Source: Eubacteriales bacterium (GTDB taxonomy: Bacteria > Bacillota > Clostridia > Oscillospirales > CAG-382). From it: a stretch of DNA of 64,000 bases. A model generated the notes under the pieces. The model saw only the letters and a list, made by a program, of their open reading frames with translations. It had not been told where the DNA came from and did not search any database. Both the position numbers and the translations under genes were made by a program. Each line of letters starts with the position of its first letter. The stretch's first letter is position 1. Positions 1-12,582 of the stretch are shown here, in pieces. The DNA lies in assembly GCA_045657425.1 (NCBI GenBank), contig JAZOTA010000081.1, positions 3,504 to 67,503 of the forward strand, in the 5' to 3' direction.

Positions 1-69
1 TCCGAATTGACCGCACGGGGATATTCCTTCGGAACTCTTGATGAGCTTTACGAAAAGACGACGAAATAA
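1..69 (+). CDS. 3' end of a probable polysaccharide deacetylase (PdaA/NodB-like), partial
   Basis: Frame 1 reads SELTARGYSFGTLDELYEKTTK*; GY.F.TLDEL is a typical NodB-family C-terminus. Only 22 codons are visible. Confidence 0.5.
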   Translation, partial: SELTARGYSFGTLDELYEKTTK

Positions 70-141
70 AAATCGTTATTCATTGTATTATACCCCAAAA
101 ACGACAATAAATCAATAGAAAGCACACATTATTTTGAAAGA

Positions 142-176
142 AAAGACTGTCAAAACGATTGTAATGACAGTCTTTC
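142..176. terminator. Bidirectional intrinsic terminator
   Basis: AAAGACTGTCA...TGACAGTCTTT inverted repeat between convergent genes. Confidence 0.7.
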
Positions 177-180
177 TTCT

Positions 181-870
181 CTATTGTCTTTTTGCGTAAT
201 CCTTTATCTTTTCAATGGCGCTTTTTTCGATGCGTGAAACGTAGGAGCGCGAGATATTCAACAGCTCGGCAACGTCGCGTTGGGCATAATGCTTGCCGCT
301 TTTGTTAAGCCCGTAGCGAAGCATCATTATCTTCCTTTCGCGGTCGGTAAGCACTGTTTTTATCGCCTTTGCTATCTTTTCGAGCTTGATTTTTCGGTCG
401 ATTGAATCGACGATATCGTCGGGCGCGGCGATAATTTCCAGATAGGTCAGAGGATTGCCGTCCTTATCGACGTCAACGGGGTCGTTTATCGAGGTAACGG
501 TAGAGTGCTTTTTCTGTGCGCGGAAGTACATAAGTATCTCGTTTTGCAGGCATTTTCCCGCATAGGTCGCAAAGCGCGCGCCGTTTTTGACGTTGAAGCT
601 GTCGATCGCCTTTATAAGCCCTATCGTGCCGACCGAGATAAGGTCGTCCTGATCGGGATAGGTCATATAATATTTTTTCACGATATGCGCCACGAGCCGA
701 AGATTGTGCTCGATCAATTTGTTTCGCGCCGCGGCATCTCCGCTGTGCGCACGGACAAAAAGCGAATACTCCTCCTCCTTTGAAAGTGGCGGCGGAAAGG
801 AATGGGTGTCACTGGTACGAAGTAAAAGGCAAAAGCATTTCGAAACCATATTCAACAAAAACGTTAGCAT
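181..870 (-). CDS. sigK: Sporulation sigma factor pro-SigK, uninterrupted
   Basis: Hydrophobic pro-sequence, SFPPPLSKEEE, LIEHNLRLVAHIVKKY, DDLISVGTIGLIKAI, NEILM, ISRSYVSRIEK; GGAGG RBS. Confidence 0.93.
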   Translation of the reverse strand: MLTFLLNMVSKCFCLLLRTSDTHSFPPPLSKEEEYSLFVRAHSGDAAARNKLIEHNLRLVAHIVKKYYMTYPDQDDLISVGTIGLIKAIDSFNVKNGARFATYAGKCLQNEILMYFRAQKKHSTVTSINDPVDVDKDGNPLTYLEIIAAPDDIVDSIDRKIKLEKIAKAIKTVLTDRERKIMMLRYGLNKSGKHYAQRDVAELLNISRSYVSRIEKSAIEKIKDYAKRQ

Positions 871-991
871 TATTAATCACCTCCGAAAACAATATGCAGT
901 CAGACAGAAAAATATTTCCGAAAAAGGGTGGAAAAGTTTGATTGAATCTGCTAAAATAAGGCATACTCTATTATTTCGGAGGATAATTTTT

Positions 992-2590
992 ATGGAACGT
1001 TGGCATAAGGAAGCGATAGTTTACCAAATATATCCCAAAAGCTTTATGGACACAAACGGCGACGGCATCGGCGATATACGCGGTATTATCAATAAGCTTG
1101 ACTATATAAAGGATTTGGGCGTTAACGCGGTGTGGCTTTCGCCCTGCTACCCCTCACCCGGCGACGATAACGGATATGATATTTCGGATTACCGCGGCAT
1201 CGCGCCCGAATACGGCACGCTTGACGATTTCAAGGAAATGCTTAACGGTATGCACTCGCGCGGAATCAAGCTTTTGATGGACCTTGTCGTTAACCATACC
1301 TCCGATGAGCACGAATGGTTTGTTGAAAGCCGCAAGAGCCGCGATAACCCTTACCGCGATTATTATATCTGGCGCGATCCCGTTGACGGTCACGAGCCCA
1401 ACGAATGGGTTGCCGCTTTCGGCGGAAGCGCTTGGGAATTTGACGAGGCGACGGGACAGTATTATCTCCACCTTTTCTCGAAAAAGCAACCCGACCTTAA
1501 CTGGGAAAACCCCAAGGTGCGCCAAGAGATTGCCGATATGATAAATTATTGGCTCGATATGGGTGTCGACGGCTTCCGTTGCGACGTTATAAACAATATT
1601 TCAAAGGATTTCACACGTCCCTATGCAGGCGGAAACGGACCGAGATTGCACGAATTTCTGCACGAGCTTCATTTCCGCGCGCTTGAACCGCACAAGGCAC
1701 TTACAGTTGGCGAAACTTGGGGGCTTACTCCTGCGCAGGCGCTTGAGCTTACAGGCGAAAAGCGTGGCGAATTAACAATGACCTTCCAGTTCGAGCATCT
1801 TTTGCTCGGCAGAGTAAACGGCGACAAGTTCGACCCCGAGCCACTGGACAAAAAGGCGTTTGTCGATATTCTTGCGAAATGGGAAATCGGTCTTAAGGAC
1901 GACAGCTATCCCGTTCTCGTTATGGAAAACCACGACCAGCCGCGCGCACTTTCGCGCTTCGGCGACCTTAAATTCCCTTATGAAAGCACAACGATGCTTG
2001 CCGCAATGCTTTACGGTATGCGCGGTGTCGGATTTATATATCAAGGTCAGGAATTGGGACTTCACGACCCGACCTTTAATTCGATGGACGAATACCGCGA
2101 TATTGAAACGCTTAATGCATATAAGGAGCTTAAGGAAAGCGGAAAATTCACCGAAAGCGAGCTTTTGGCGAAGATGCAATACGGCTCACGCGATTGCGGA
2201 AGAACCCCCATTCCCTGGACGGTCGGAGAAAATGGCGGATTTACAAGCGGCACTCCTTGGATAAAAACGCAGGTTGATAAGGGCTTTACGGTTGAGGAGC
2301 AGGATAACGACGAAAATTCGGTGCTGAATTTCTACCGCAAAATGTTAAAGCTTCGCGCAAGCGACGACTGTCTTAAGGACGGCGAATTCAATCTTTTGCT
2401 TAACGAAAACGATACAAGCGTTTACACTCGCACGCTTAACGGCGAAACGGTTTACGTCGTTTGCAGATATGCAGATACCGAAAGTGAAATGCCCGAATGC
2501 ATTCCCAACGACTGCAAGGTTATACTGAACAACTATAAAGAGGTTTATGAAGCCTTAAAGCCGTATCAGGCGATTTGGTTTAAAAAATAA
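992..2590 (+). CDS. GH13 alpha-glucosidase / oligo-1,6-glucosidase
   Basis: YQIYPKSFMD.NGDGIGD, DNGYDISDY, DLVVNHTSDEH, QPDLNW, DGFRCDVI, ENHDQPR. Start reset to ATG 992 after GGAGG; the ORF-track 5' extension overlaps sigK. Confidence 0.92.
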   Translation: MERWHKEAIVYQIYPKSFMDTNGDGIGDIRGIINKLDYIKDLGVNAVWLSPCYPSPGDDNGYDISDYRGIAPEYGTLDDFKEMLNGMHSRGIKLLMDLVVNHTSDEHEWFVESRKSRDNPYRDYYIWRDPVDGHEPNEWVAAFGGSAWEFDEATGQYYLHLFSKKQPDLNWENPKVRQEIADMINYWLDMGVDGFRCDVINNISKDFTRPYAGGNGPRLHEFLHELHFRALEPHKALTVGETWGLTPAQALELTGEKRGELTMTFQFEHLLLGRVNGDKFDPEPLDKKAFVDILAKWEIGLKDDSYPVLVMENHDQPRALSRFGDLKFPYESTTMLAAMLYGMRGVGFIYQGQELGLHDPTFNSMDEYRDIETLNAYKELKESGKFTESELLAKMQYGSRDCGRTPIPWTVGENGGFTSGTPWIKTQVDKGFTVEEQDNDENSVLNFYRKMLKLRASDDCLKDGEFNLLLNENDTSVYTRTLNGETVYVVCRYADTESEMPECIPNDCKVILNNYKEVYEALKPYQAIWFKK

Positions 2591-2593
2591 CAC

Positions 2594-2622
2594 AAAAGGA
2601 AGGGATCCTTTCCCTTCCTTTT
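2594..2622. terminator. Bidirectional intrinsic terminator
   Basis: AAAAGGAAGGGA-N5-TCCCTTCCTTTT between convergent genes. Confidence 0.8.
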
Positions 2623-2635
2623 ACTATTTTCAAAT

Positions 2636-3409
2636 TTATTCGGCTGCCTTATTTTTAGATTTTTTGATTCTTAAAAGGAGTATTACAACAAGCACCGCCG
2701 CGAAAACAAGACTGATAAACTGGCTTGTCGATATACCGAGCAGAGCGCCGCGTTCTTTATCGCCGCGCAAAAATTCAAGAGAAAAGCGAAGCAGACAGTA
2801 AACGAAGCCGTAAGTAAGCACTTGAATGCCCAAGTCACGCTTTTTCATATAAAGGAAAAGCAAAACGAAAAACAGACAGAGCAAAAGCGAAGCCTCAGCA
2901 AGCTGAACGGGGAACAAGGGTACTCCGAGCGGTGTGTTGCCGATGTTAACGTCATAGGTGCAGGAAAGAGGGCCGTCGTATTCGATACCGTAACAGCAGC
3001 CTCCCAAAAAGCAACCGACTCTGCCGATAGAATGTCCCAAAGGAACCACAGTCGCATAGATTTCAAAAAACTTAAAGGCGTTAAGCTTATAAATCTTGAC
3101 GTACAAAAACAAGCCGATAATACCGCCGATAAGCCCTCCGTAGAAAACGAAGCCACCTTGGAACGCCTGCAAAAACGGAAGCTCACCGGAAATTATTTTA
3201 TCGATGTTTACTATTAAAAACAAAAGCTTTGCGCCGACAACAGCACCAATGCCCGCATAAACAGCGGAGCAAACCACGTCGACTTGGGGAATTTCCTTAT
3301 ACCTGCGCGCAAGTAACCAAACGGTCAAAACCGCAAGTCCCATACCCACAACAAAGCACACGCCGTACATCGGCACCATTTTGCCGAAAAGTTCAATATA
3401 AGGTAACAT
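2636..3409 (-). CDS. lgt: Prolipoprotein diacylglyceryl transferase family protein (Cys-containing variant)
   Basis: GGFVFYGGLIGG, GHSIGRVGCFLGGCCYG, PVQLAEA, RFSLEFLRGD; multiple TM helices; start ATG 3409 after GGAGG. Confidence 0.8.
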   Translation of the reverse strand: MLPYIELFGKMVPMYGVCFVVGMGLAVLTVWLLARRYKEIPQVDVVCSAVYAGIGAVVGAKLLFLIVNIDKIISGELPFLQAFQGGFVFYGGLIGGIIGLFLYVKIYKLNAFKFFEIYATVVPLGHSIGRVGCFLGGCCYGIEYDGPLSCTYDVNIGNTPLGVPLFPVQLAEASLLLCLFFVLLFLYMKKRDLGIQVLTYGFVYCLLRFSLEFLRGDKERGALLGISTSQFISLVFAAVLVVILLLRIKKSKNKAAE

Positions 3410-3501
3410 AGCGCCTCCAAAAGAACGAAAATCCGAGAATGAATAAACGGTTCGGCATAGCTTGTATGTCGAACCGTTTAACATGCTTAATTAATCAGCG
3501 A

Positions 3502-3855
3502 TTATTTGCCGAAGAAAACTCTCAAACCGTTGAGAGCGTCATTCAAAGCATCTTCGAGATCGTCAAGATCGCCGCCGAGAGCGTCTTCAACAGCATCTTC
3601 AACACAGAGAACGCAAACGCCGCAAGTGAAGAAGAAGATGGAAGCGAAAACAACTGCGATGATGCCGATAACGAGACCTGCGGTACCGATACCTGCGGGC
3701 TGACCTGCAGCTGCGAGTGCCTTTTTGCCGCTAACGGAAAGAACGAGACCTACGATTGCCATAGGAAGTGCGAGGATGGAGAACCAACCGCCGATGAAGC
3801 TGAATACGAGACCTACGATACCAAGTACGAGGCCGGCTGTAGCCTTACCTTTCAT
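3502..3855 (-). CDS. Small membrane protein (DUF4190-like) with acidic tail
   Basis: Duplicated A.AGLV.GI.G hydrophobic segments; AGGAG RBS. Confidence 0.7.
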   Translation of the reverse strand: MKGKATAGLVLGIVGLVFSFIGGWFSILALPMAIVGLVLSVSGKKALAAAGQPAGIGTAGLVIGIIAVVFASIFFFTCGVCVLCVEDAVEDALGGDLDDLEDALNDALNGLRVFFGK

Positions 3856-4033
3856 GATAAAAACTCCTTAAAATTTTTTCAAAATGGTAACATTTTGTTG
3901 CAGATATTTTAACACACAATTGCGCTAAAGTCAAGTATTTTTTCTTGATTTATTCACAATTTGTTCTTTTTTGTTGTGTTTTTAAGACAACATACCGAAG
4001 CAAAAGCAATGCGGTTTTTGTAATATCGGATTA

Positions 4034-5404
4034 TTAAAGCACGAAATAAGCGCCTTTTTCGATCATTATGCCGCGAACCTCTTTGCCGTCAACGTCGCGG
4101 GGGAGAATATTTCTGTCAAGCGCAATTGCCGATGCGATACCTGCGGCTTCGCCCGATGCACGGCAGGAATGCTGAACGCGAAGCGAGCTTTGAGCCAAGA
4201 ATTCCGCGCCCAAGCAACGGCCCGTAATAAAGAGGTTGTCAAAGCCCTTTACTACCAAGGAGCGGTAGGGAATTTCATACCAAGGCTTACCGTCGTCAAC
4301 GGGTTCCTTAATCGATTCGCAATGAAGAACCTTGCCGTGGATATCTACGGGGTAGTTGGATTGGCAGAACATATCGTCGAACTTCACGCGGCGGAGAAGG
4401 TCGGATGCGGAAAGAACGTATTCGGTTTCGATGTTACGGCTTTCGCGGATGCCAACCATTGCGGCAATATCCGAAATGTAAGCGTTTTCAAAGCCCTTAA
4501 GATACTTTTTATAGAACTGAAGCTGACGGAGAATGCGTTGCTTACCTGCGATCTGAGTCTTGGTAAGATGGGTCGGGTCGGTACCGTCGGTTTCATCAAA
4601 GAATTCGGGGTTGTTGAACGCAAGAGTATGCTTGCGGCCGGTAACCATAAAGCCCTGCCAATATGCCTTATCCTCTTCGGTAAGGTCGCCGTTTGCAATC
4701 GCTTCGTCAAACAATTCCGAGAAGGTCCATTTGTCGCCTGCACAGCAAGCAATGTAAATACTGCCGTTGTCATAGCTTGCGCCGGAATCCTTGCCGCTCT
4801 TTTCGATAAGCTCTTTTACAAACATACCGAGCGCCTCGATATCGACGTTGGAAACCATATAACGCAAGGAAATGGGTTGGTTTTTGCCGGTTTCGGGATT
4901 ACCCTTGGTGTAGCCTGCGCCTGCGCGTACACAAATATCGCCGTCGCCGGTCGCATCGATAAACATCTTACCCTTGATAATGCCAAGGCCGTTTTTGTTT
5001 GCAACCACAATTGCTTCAAGCTTGCCGTCGTTAACAACGGTTTCGGCGATAAAGGTGTGAAGAAGAATCTTAACGCCTGCTTCGTCGCACATACCCTCAA
5101 GAACCGCCTTAAGAACGATAGGGTCGAAGTTTGCGCCGTTTGCACTTGCCGCGCCGAGTTCGATCATTTTGTCACGAACGATGTTGGAAATGTACGAGCA
5201 TTGGGGGTTTTGGGGAATATGGGTATGCATTATCGGAAGTACCAAGCCGTTTGTTGCAGTGCCTCCGAGCGAGCCGAATTGCTCGACTATCAAAACGTCG
5301 CGTCCCATATCAGCCGCCGCTTTTGCGGCAAACGCGCCTGCTGTACCGCCGCCGCATACGACAACCTCTGCTTCGGCAAATACCGGTAACTTAGTGTAAT
5401 CCAT
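4034..5404 (-). CDS. FAD-dependent oxidoreductase (FAD_oxidored family)
   Basis: VVVCGGGTAG, LGGTAT, FIDATGDGD, GIRESR, YEIPYRSL, GRC, SLRV, GEAAG. Confidence 0.88.
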   Translation of the reverse strand: MDYTKLPVFAEAEVVVCGGGTAGAFAAKAAADMGRDVLIVEQFGSLGGTATNGLVLPIMHTHIPQNPQCSYISNIVRDKMIELGAASANGANFDPIVLKAVLEGMCDEAGVKILLHTFIAETVVNDGKLEAIVVANKNGLGIIKGKMFIDATGDGDICVRAGAGYTKGNPETGKNQPISLRYMVSNVDIEALGMFVKELIEKSGKDSGASYDNGSIYIACCAGDKWTFSELFDEAIANGDLTEEDKAYWQGFMVTGRKHTLAFNNPEFFDETDGTDPTHLTKTQIAGKQRILRQLQFYKKYLKGFENAYISDIAAMVGIRESRNIETEYVLSASDLLRRVKFDDMFCQSNYPVDIHGKVLHCESIKEPVDDGKPWYEIPYRSLVVKGFDNLFITGRCLGAEFLAQSSLRVQHSCRASGEAAGIASAIALDRNILPRDVDGKEVRGIMIEKGAYFVL

Positions 5405-5430
5405 AATTTTTTCTCCTTTTTACGGAAAAT

Positions 5431-8375
<2,945 letters not shown>

Positions 8376-8385
8376 AATTCCTTTT

Positions 8386-9096
8386 TCATCCGTCAGAAGC
8401 GGATGCATCTCCCCATATTGGTATAGCCTCGCCCAAGAATTTGGGTTCGGGCTTAATAATCGCATCAAAAGCGTATTTTACCCGCGCAAATATCTCGCGT
8501 GTTTCATTTTTTATTCCGCCCGAAGCTCCTGCATCGCTGGCGACGCCCCAAGCTTCAAGTCCCAACTCACGTGCAATAAACACAGCGCGCGAAAGGTGAA
8601 AATTCTGTGTAACTATAACAACACGTTTCGCCTTGAAAACCTCTTTTGCTCGGTAAAAGGTGTCGTATGTGTCGAATCCGGCGTGGTCGGTGAAAATAAC
8701 GTTGGGCTCTATTCCCCTCTCCGACATATACGACTTCATCGAGCCGACCTCGTTATATTCGATTCGTGAATGGTCGCCGCTTACAAGTATTCTGTCCGAC
8801 ACGCCCGAACCGTAAAGCGATATTCCGCAATCCAAGCGTTGTCGAAGCACAAACGACGGTGTGCCGTCGCGCTTGAGCCCTGCACCGAGCACGATTATAC
8901 AGTCGATATCCTCAAGCTCGCTCGCTTTTTCGGCATTCATAATATAATCGTCCGCGGAGTACAACACCGTAAGATTACACACCAAAACCGTAACGAACGA
9001 CACAAGCATGAGCGAAACAAATAGATTTCGTATCAGCTTTATTATATTTCTTTTGTTTGTTTTCTTATTTGTTTTGTCTGATTTTTTCACTTTCAT
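8386..9096 (-). CDS. SanA/ElyC (DUF218) family membrane protein
   Basis: IVLGAG, RLD.G, LVSGD, YNEV, DHAGFDTYDT, VTQNFHLSRA. Confidence 0.88.
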   Translation of the reverse strand: MKVKKSDKTNKKTNKRNIIKLIRNLFVSLMLVSFVTVLVCNLTVLYSADDYIMNAEKASELEDIDCIIVLGAGLKRDGTPSFVLRQRLDCGISLYGSGVSDRILVSGDHSRIEYNEVGSMKSYMSERGIEPNVIFTDHAGFDTYDTFYRAKEVFKAKRVVIVTQNFHLSRAVFIARELGLEAWGVASDAGASGGIKNETREIFARVKYAFDAIIKPEPKFLGEAIPIWGDASASDG

Positions 9097-9934
9097 AAGT
9101 CATTTTCATAAATACTGCGTCGTGGGATTGAGTGCCCGCCGATTCGCAGATTATTGTAGGCGCAACACCGAGCGAAACGATTGCCTCGGCAAGCGGCTCG
9201 AAATTCGGACCGTAAACATTGTCCTCAAAGGTAAGATGCTTCTTTTCGCCCATTTCAGTGAACATTATTTTTGAAAAATGGCAATGCAGATCCTCGGCAT
9301 AATTGCTTCCCAATTCCGAAGCGATGCGGTCGAAAACCCGTTTGTAATCGTCGGCGGTATAGAAAACGCCTCTGTCACGCGCATTGAGGTGACCGAAATC
9401 CACAACGGGTGCAAAGCAGGACGAGATTTTACAAAGCTCAATTACCTCGTCAAGCGTGCCCAATTGATTTACCTTGCCCATCGTTTCGATTCCGACAATC
9501 GTTTTAAAGCCATTTTCCTGCATCATCAACGCAACGCCCTCGAGCGTTTCGCGTGCGTAATCCATTGCGGTTTCGCGGCTTATTTTTGCACAGGAGCCGC
9601 AATGCACGACCATCGTTTTTGCGCCGAGCAGAGCGCTTACCTCGGCACTTCTGCGTATGTATTCAATGCTGTTGTCACGCTTTTCCTTTTCGGTTGAGGA
9701 AAGCGATATGAAATACGGCGTGTGAAACGACATTGCAATGCCATGCTCGGTTGCTTTTCTGCCGATTGCGGCAAAAAGGTCGAAGCTTCCGCTTATGCCG
9801 TTGCCTGCTTCGTATTCATAGGCATCAAGCCCCATCGATTTTACAAAGCCCGGTGCTTGGAGAGTCGATTTTCCCCCTGCGGCACGAAAGGCATCGCAAT
9901 TGCCGCCGGGGCCGAATTTTGCGGTCTTGCTCAT
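9065..9934 (-). CDS. Endonuclease IV / AP-endonuclease-2 TIM-barrel protein
   Basis: HTPYFISL, VVHCG, ETMGK, DFGH, HCHFS, KKH, ICES metal ligands. Confidence 0.85.
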   Translation of the reverse strand: MSKTAKFGPGGNCDAFRAAGGKSTLQAPGFVKSMGLDAYEYEAGNGISGSFDLFAAIGRKATEHGIAMSFHTPYFISLSSTEKEKRDNSIEYIRRSAEVSALLGAKTMVVHCGSCAKISRETAMDYARETLEGVALMMQENGFKTIVGIETMGKVNQLGTLDEVIELCKISSCFAPVVDFGHLNARDRGVFYTADDYKRVFDRIASELGSNYAEDLHCHFSKIMFTEMGEKKHLTFEDNVYGPNFEPLAEAIVSLGVAPTIICESAGTQSHDAVFMKMTYESEKIRQNK

Positions 9935-10488
9935 TCTTTATCCTTCGCTTTCTTTTTACGGTTGCGTATTTTTTGCATTGCGTTTTTGGGGTTGAGCCAA
10001 TCGAGCTTCCGCACAAACGGACGCTCGAAAAAGCGCTTTATGCGGAAAAATTTGCTTTCAACGGGCTGTATCGGCTTAACCAGCGCAAACCGAATGCCTG
10101 CGCGGTGCGCGGCGATACAGTCGGTGAATATCTGATCTCCCACCGCCATAACCTCGCCCTTGTCCAAGCCGAAATGCGCAACGCATTTACGCACGCCCTT
10201 GGGCGAGGGCTTGCCTGCCTTACAAACGTAAAACAAGCCGAGTCCTTCGTTAAAGGTCGTAACACGTGCGCCTTGGTTGTTGGAAACAAACGCCATTTTT
10301 ATTCCCGCTTCTCTTAAAGACGCGAAATATTCATTCATCTTCTCGGTAGGGCGCTCGATTTCATAAGGCGCTATTGTATTGTCGATATCAAACACAACGC
10401 CCTTTACCCCAAGCTCGTTCAATGCCTCGGGGGTTATTGTATAAACGTCGCAAAACGCCATATCGGGGCGAAAAAAACGAAATGCCAT
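9931..10488 (-). CDS. yqeG: YqeG-family HAD IIIA phosphatase
   Basis: FDIDNT, VSNN, AGKP, VGDQIFTD motifs. Confidence 0.88.
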   Translation of the reverse strand: MAFRFFRPDMAFCDVYTITPEALNELGVKGVVFDIDNTIAPYEIERPTEKMNEYFASLREAGIKMAFVSNNQGARVTTFNEGLGLFYVCKAGKPSPKGVRKCVAHFGLDKGEVMAVGDQIFTDCIAAHRAGIRFALVKPIQPVESKFFRIKRFFERPFVRKLDWLNPKNAMQKIRNRKKKAKDKE

Positions 10489-10504
10489 AAAAATCTCCGA
10501 TTGA

Positions 10505-12559
10505 TTATTCTGCTCTTGCGTAAACTATCGAAAACGGAGGTAAGGTTGCTTTGCCGCTTCCGTTTTTGATTTCGAGCGTACCGCAAGCATCGCCCGAAAG
10601 TATATATTTGCCGTCCTCAAGACCGCTTGTGTAATTAACGACCGCTTCGTTTTCACACGCGTTGACGATAAGCAAAAGCTTTTCGCCGTCGTTTCTTTGC
10701 CAATACTCGGAAAATACCGCGGAATGCTCAACGATACCGCCGTATGCTTCCTTGCAACGGGTTGTGCGGATAATGGGCTGATCGTCATAAAATTCGGGAG
10801 ATTTAAGCAATCTGCCGTTGTAGAAGAACGAACCGATCTTTGCCCTTTCGTGTACGCACTTTTTATAAAAATGCTTGCTCTTCATTTGCATATAAAGGTC
10901 GGGTGCGTTCCAACCGAGCTGTTCGCCGAAGGTGAACGATTGAGCAATATTTATGCGCTGTCCCTCATCATCGTCATAGGGCATATAGCGGTAATTACGT
11001 CCGAACATCGAAACATATCCCGCGTATACCGCAACGAAAGCGGGTACTTGGCGGTTGTGGACCCAAAGCCAGGTAAGATAACCCTGCATACGCTTCATAA
11101 AGGGGTCTGCGGTGCATTCGGTCGTAAGTGCGCTTCCCTCGGGACGGATGCGGTTAACGTGGTCGAGAAGGTTGTTATATCCCTCTACCCACCAGGTTCC
11201 GCCGCCTGCACGGTGCGAGTGCGTTCTGTCCTCGCACATTTTCGGTGCCGCCGCGGCAATTTGGTCGATATAAACGGCGTTAACACCAACCTCGTTAAGA
11301 AGCTTGCTTACGATTTCGGTAACCTTTTCCTGCCAGCAAGCGGTGGAGGGGCACATTATCGAATGGCGAACGTGGGTGCCGTCGGCTTCCTTTGAATTGT
11401 AGGTTTCGATAAAGGGAACGCCGTTGCGGTCCTTGGTGCAATTCGGCTTTGCCTTTTCCGACCACTCGAAATCCTCCATTCCCCTATCCTTGGTATCCCA
11501 AAGACGTCCGTTGATATAGGGCATAACGCGCACGCCGTTTTCCTGCAAGCGCTTAACGCCCGTGTGGAAGGCTTCCTTTGCAGGGAAATAATGGGGATAA
11601 TCGTTATCATAGGGAATCTTGAACCAGTCGTAAAGGTGAATCGGGCTGTCATATTCCAAATCGGCATTGGCTTTTAAAACGTCATCGACATATTGCTCGT
11701 CGTCCTTCATTCTGACTATCCACCAATGGTTTTCATGCTTCATCCAATCGGGGCTGTCTTTTCTGCCCTCGTTATCGGTTTCGGGCTTCCAAACCGCGTT
11801 TTTAAGGAAAAATTCGCGGTATATTTGCGCCGCATCGTACCAGTTGCCGTCGAAAATTTCCCAAACACAGCATCCGCAAAGCTTTTGCGAGTTTGCAGGC
11901 AGATCGATATCGGTCAAGGGAAGCTTACCGCAGGCGCTGAAGAATTTTTCGTGCTTTTTCTTTTCAAACCAAATCTTTTTATATGCAGGCGCAGGGTCGT
12001 GAAGTCCGTAATAAATACCGCGGTTCCACGCCTTGTTCCAAAACGCCATAAACTGCATCGATGCGCCGTAGGACGGATAATCCTGACAGGATTTGCATTC
12101 GTCAAGACCATTCCAAAGCTCGCCCGGTCCGTTGGGCGACATAAACCAAACGTCCTTTTTCGCATCAAAGCTTATTGTCGGGTAATCGCAAGAATAAAGG
12201 CTGTATTCCTTGTTTTCGCTTATAAGGTCGGTAGTCCATTCGATTCGGTTTCCTACCGTGTGAGCGCAAAGCAAAACGGTGACCGAGGGAAGAACGTCAT
12301 TACCCGAAAGCACAACGAAGGTGTTGCCGTCGACCGTTTGAGAAAGACAGCTTTTCCAGCCCTCGCAGGAAGAAACGATTATTTGCTCGTCCGAATCCAT
12401 CGCTCTTGCCGTTAAGGTAAACAATGGACGCTTTTGAGTAAGAAAATTCTTTTTTATCTTTCTGTCGCGGATAGAATAAAGCGAAACACCGCCCTTTTCG
12501 ATAGAAAGGGTGCAAAGCAATTCGCCTGCTTGGATTCTGATGAGTTCGCCGTTTGTCAT
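10505..12559 (-). CDS. DUF6259-like putative glycoside hydrolase
   Basis: Aromatic-rich TIM-barrel-like region: YDNDYPHYFP, VMPYINGRLW, MCP...W, VYIDQIAA, TEC; no signal peptide. Confidence 0.6.
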   Translation of the reverse strand: MTNGELIRIQAGELLCTLSIEKGGVSLYSIRDRKIKKNFLTQKRPLFTLTARAMDSDEQIIVSSCEGWKSCLSQTVDGNTFVVLSGNDVLPSVTVLLCAHTVGNRIEWTTDLISENKEYSLYSCDYPTISFDAKKDVWFMSPNGPGELWNGLDECKSCQDYPSYGASMQFMAFWNKAWNRGIYYGLHDPAPAYKKIWFEKKKHEKFFSACGKLPLTDIDLPANSQKLCGCCVWEIFDGNWYDAAQIYREFFLKNAVWKPETDNEGRKDSPDWMKHENHWWIVRMKDDEQYVDDVLKANADLEYDSPIHLYDWFKIPYDNDYPHYFPAKEAFHTGVKRLQENGVRVMPYINGRLWDTKDRGMEDFEWSEKAKPNCTKDRNGVPFIETYNSKEADGTHVRHSIMCPSTACWQEKVTEIVSKLLNEVGVNAVYIDQIAAAAPKMCEDRTHSHRAGGGTWWVEGYNNLLDHVNRIRPEGSALTTECTADPFMKRMQGYLTWLWVHNRQVPAFVAVYAGYVSMFGRNYRYMPYDDDEGQRINIAQSFTFGEQLGWNAPDLYMQMKSKHFYKKCVHERAKIGSFFYNGRLLKSPEFYDDQPIIRTTRCKEAYGGIVEHSAVFSEYWQRNDGEKLLLIVNACENEAVVNYTSGLEDGKYILSGDACGTLEIKNGSGKATLPPFSIVYARAE

Positions 12560-12582
12560 TTCTTTTCTCCCCCGTGCTTTTG

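Noticed and set aside
704-991. N-terminal extension of the alpha-glucosidase
   Set aside because: It overlaps sigK on the other strand; an ATG with GGAGG RBS at 992 matches the family N-terminus.
4169-5389. Long antisense ORFs (also 13278-14735, 20278-21768, 27940-29190, 36235-37434, 57478-60726)
   Set aside because: They are shadow frames opposite well-supported genes, with no RBS or recognisable motifs.
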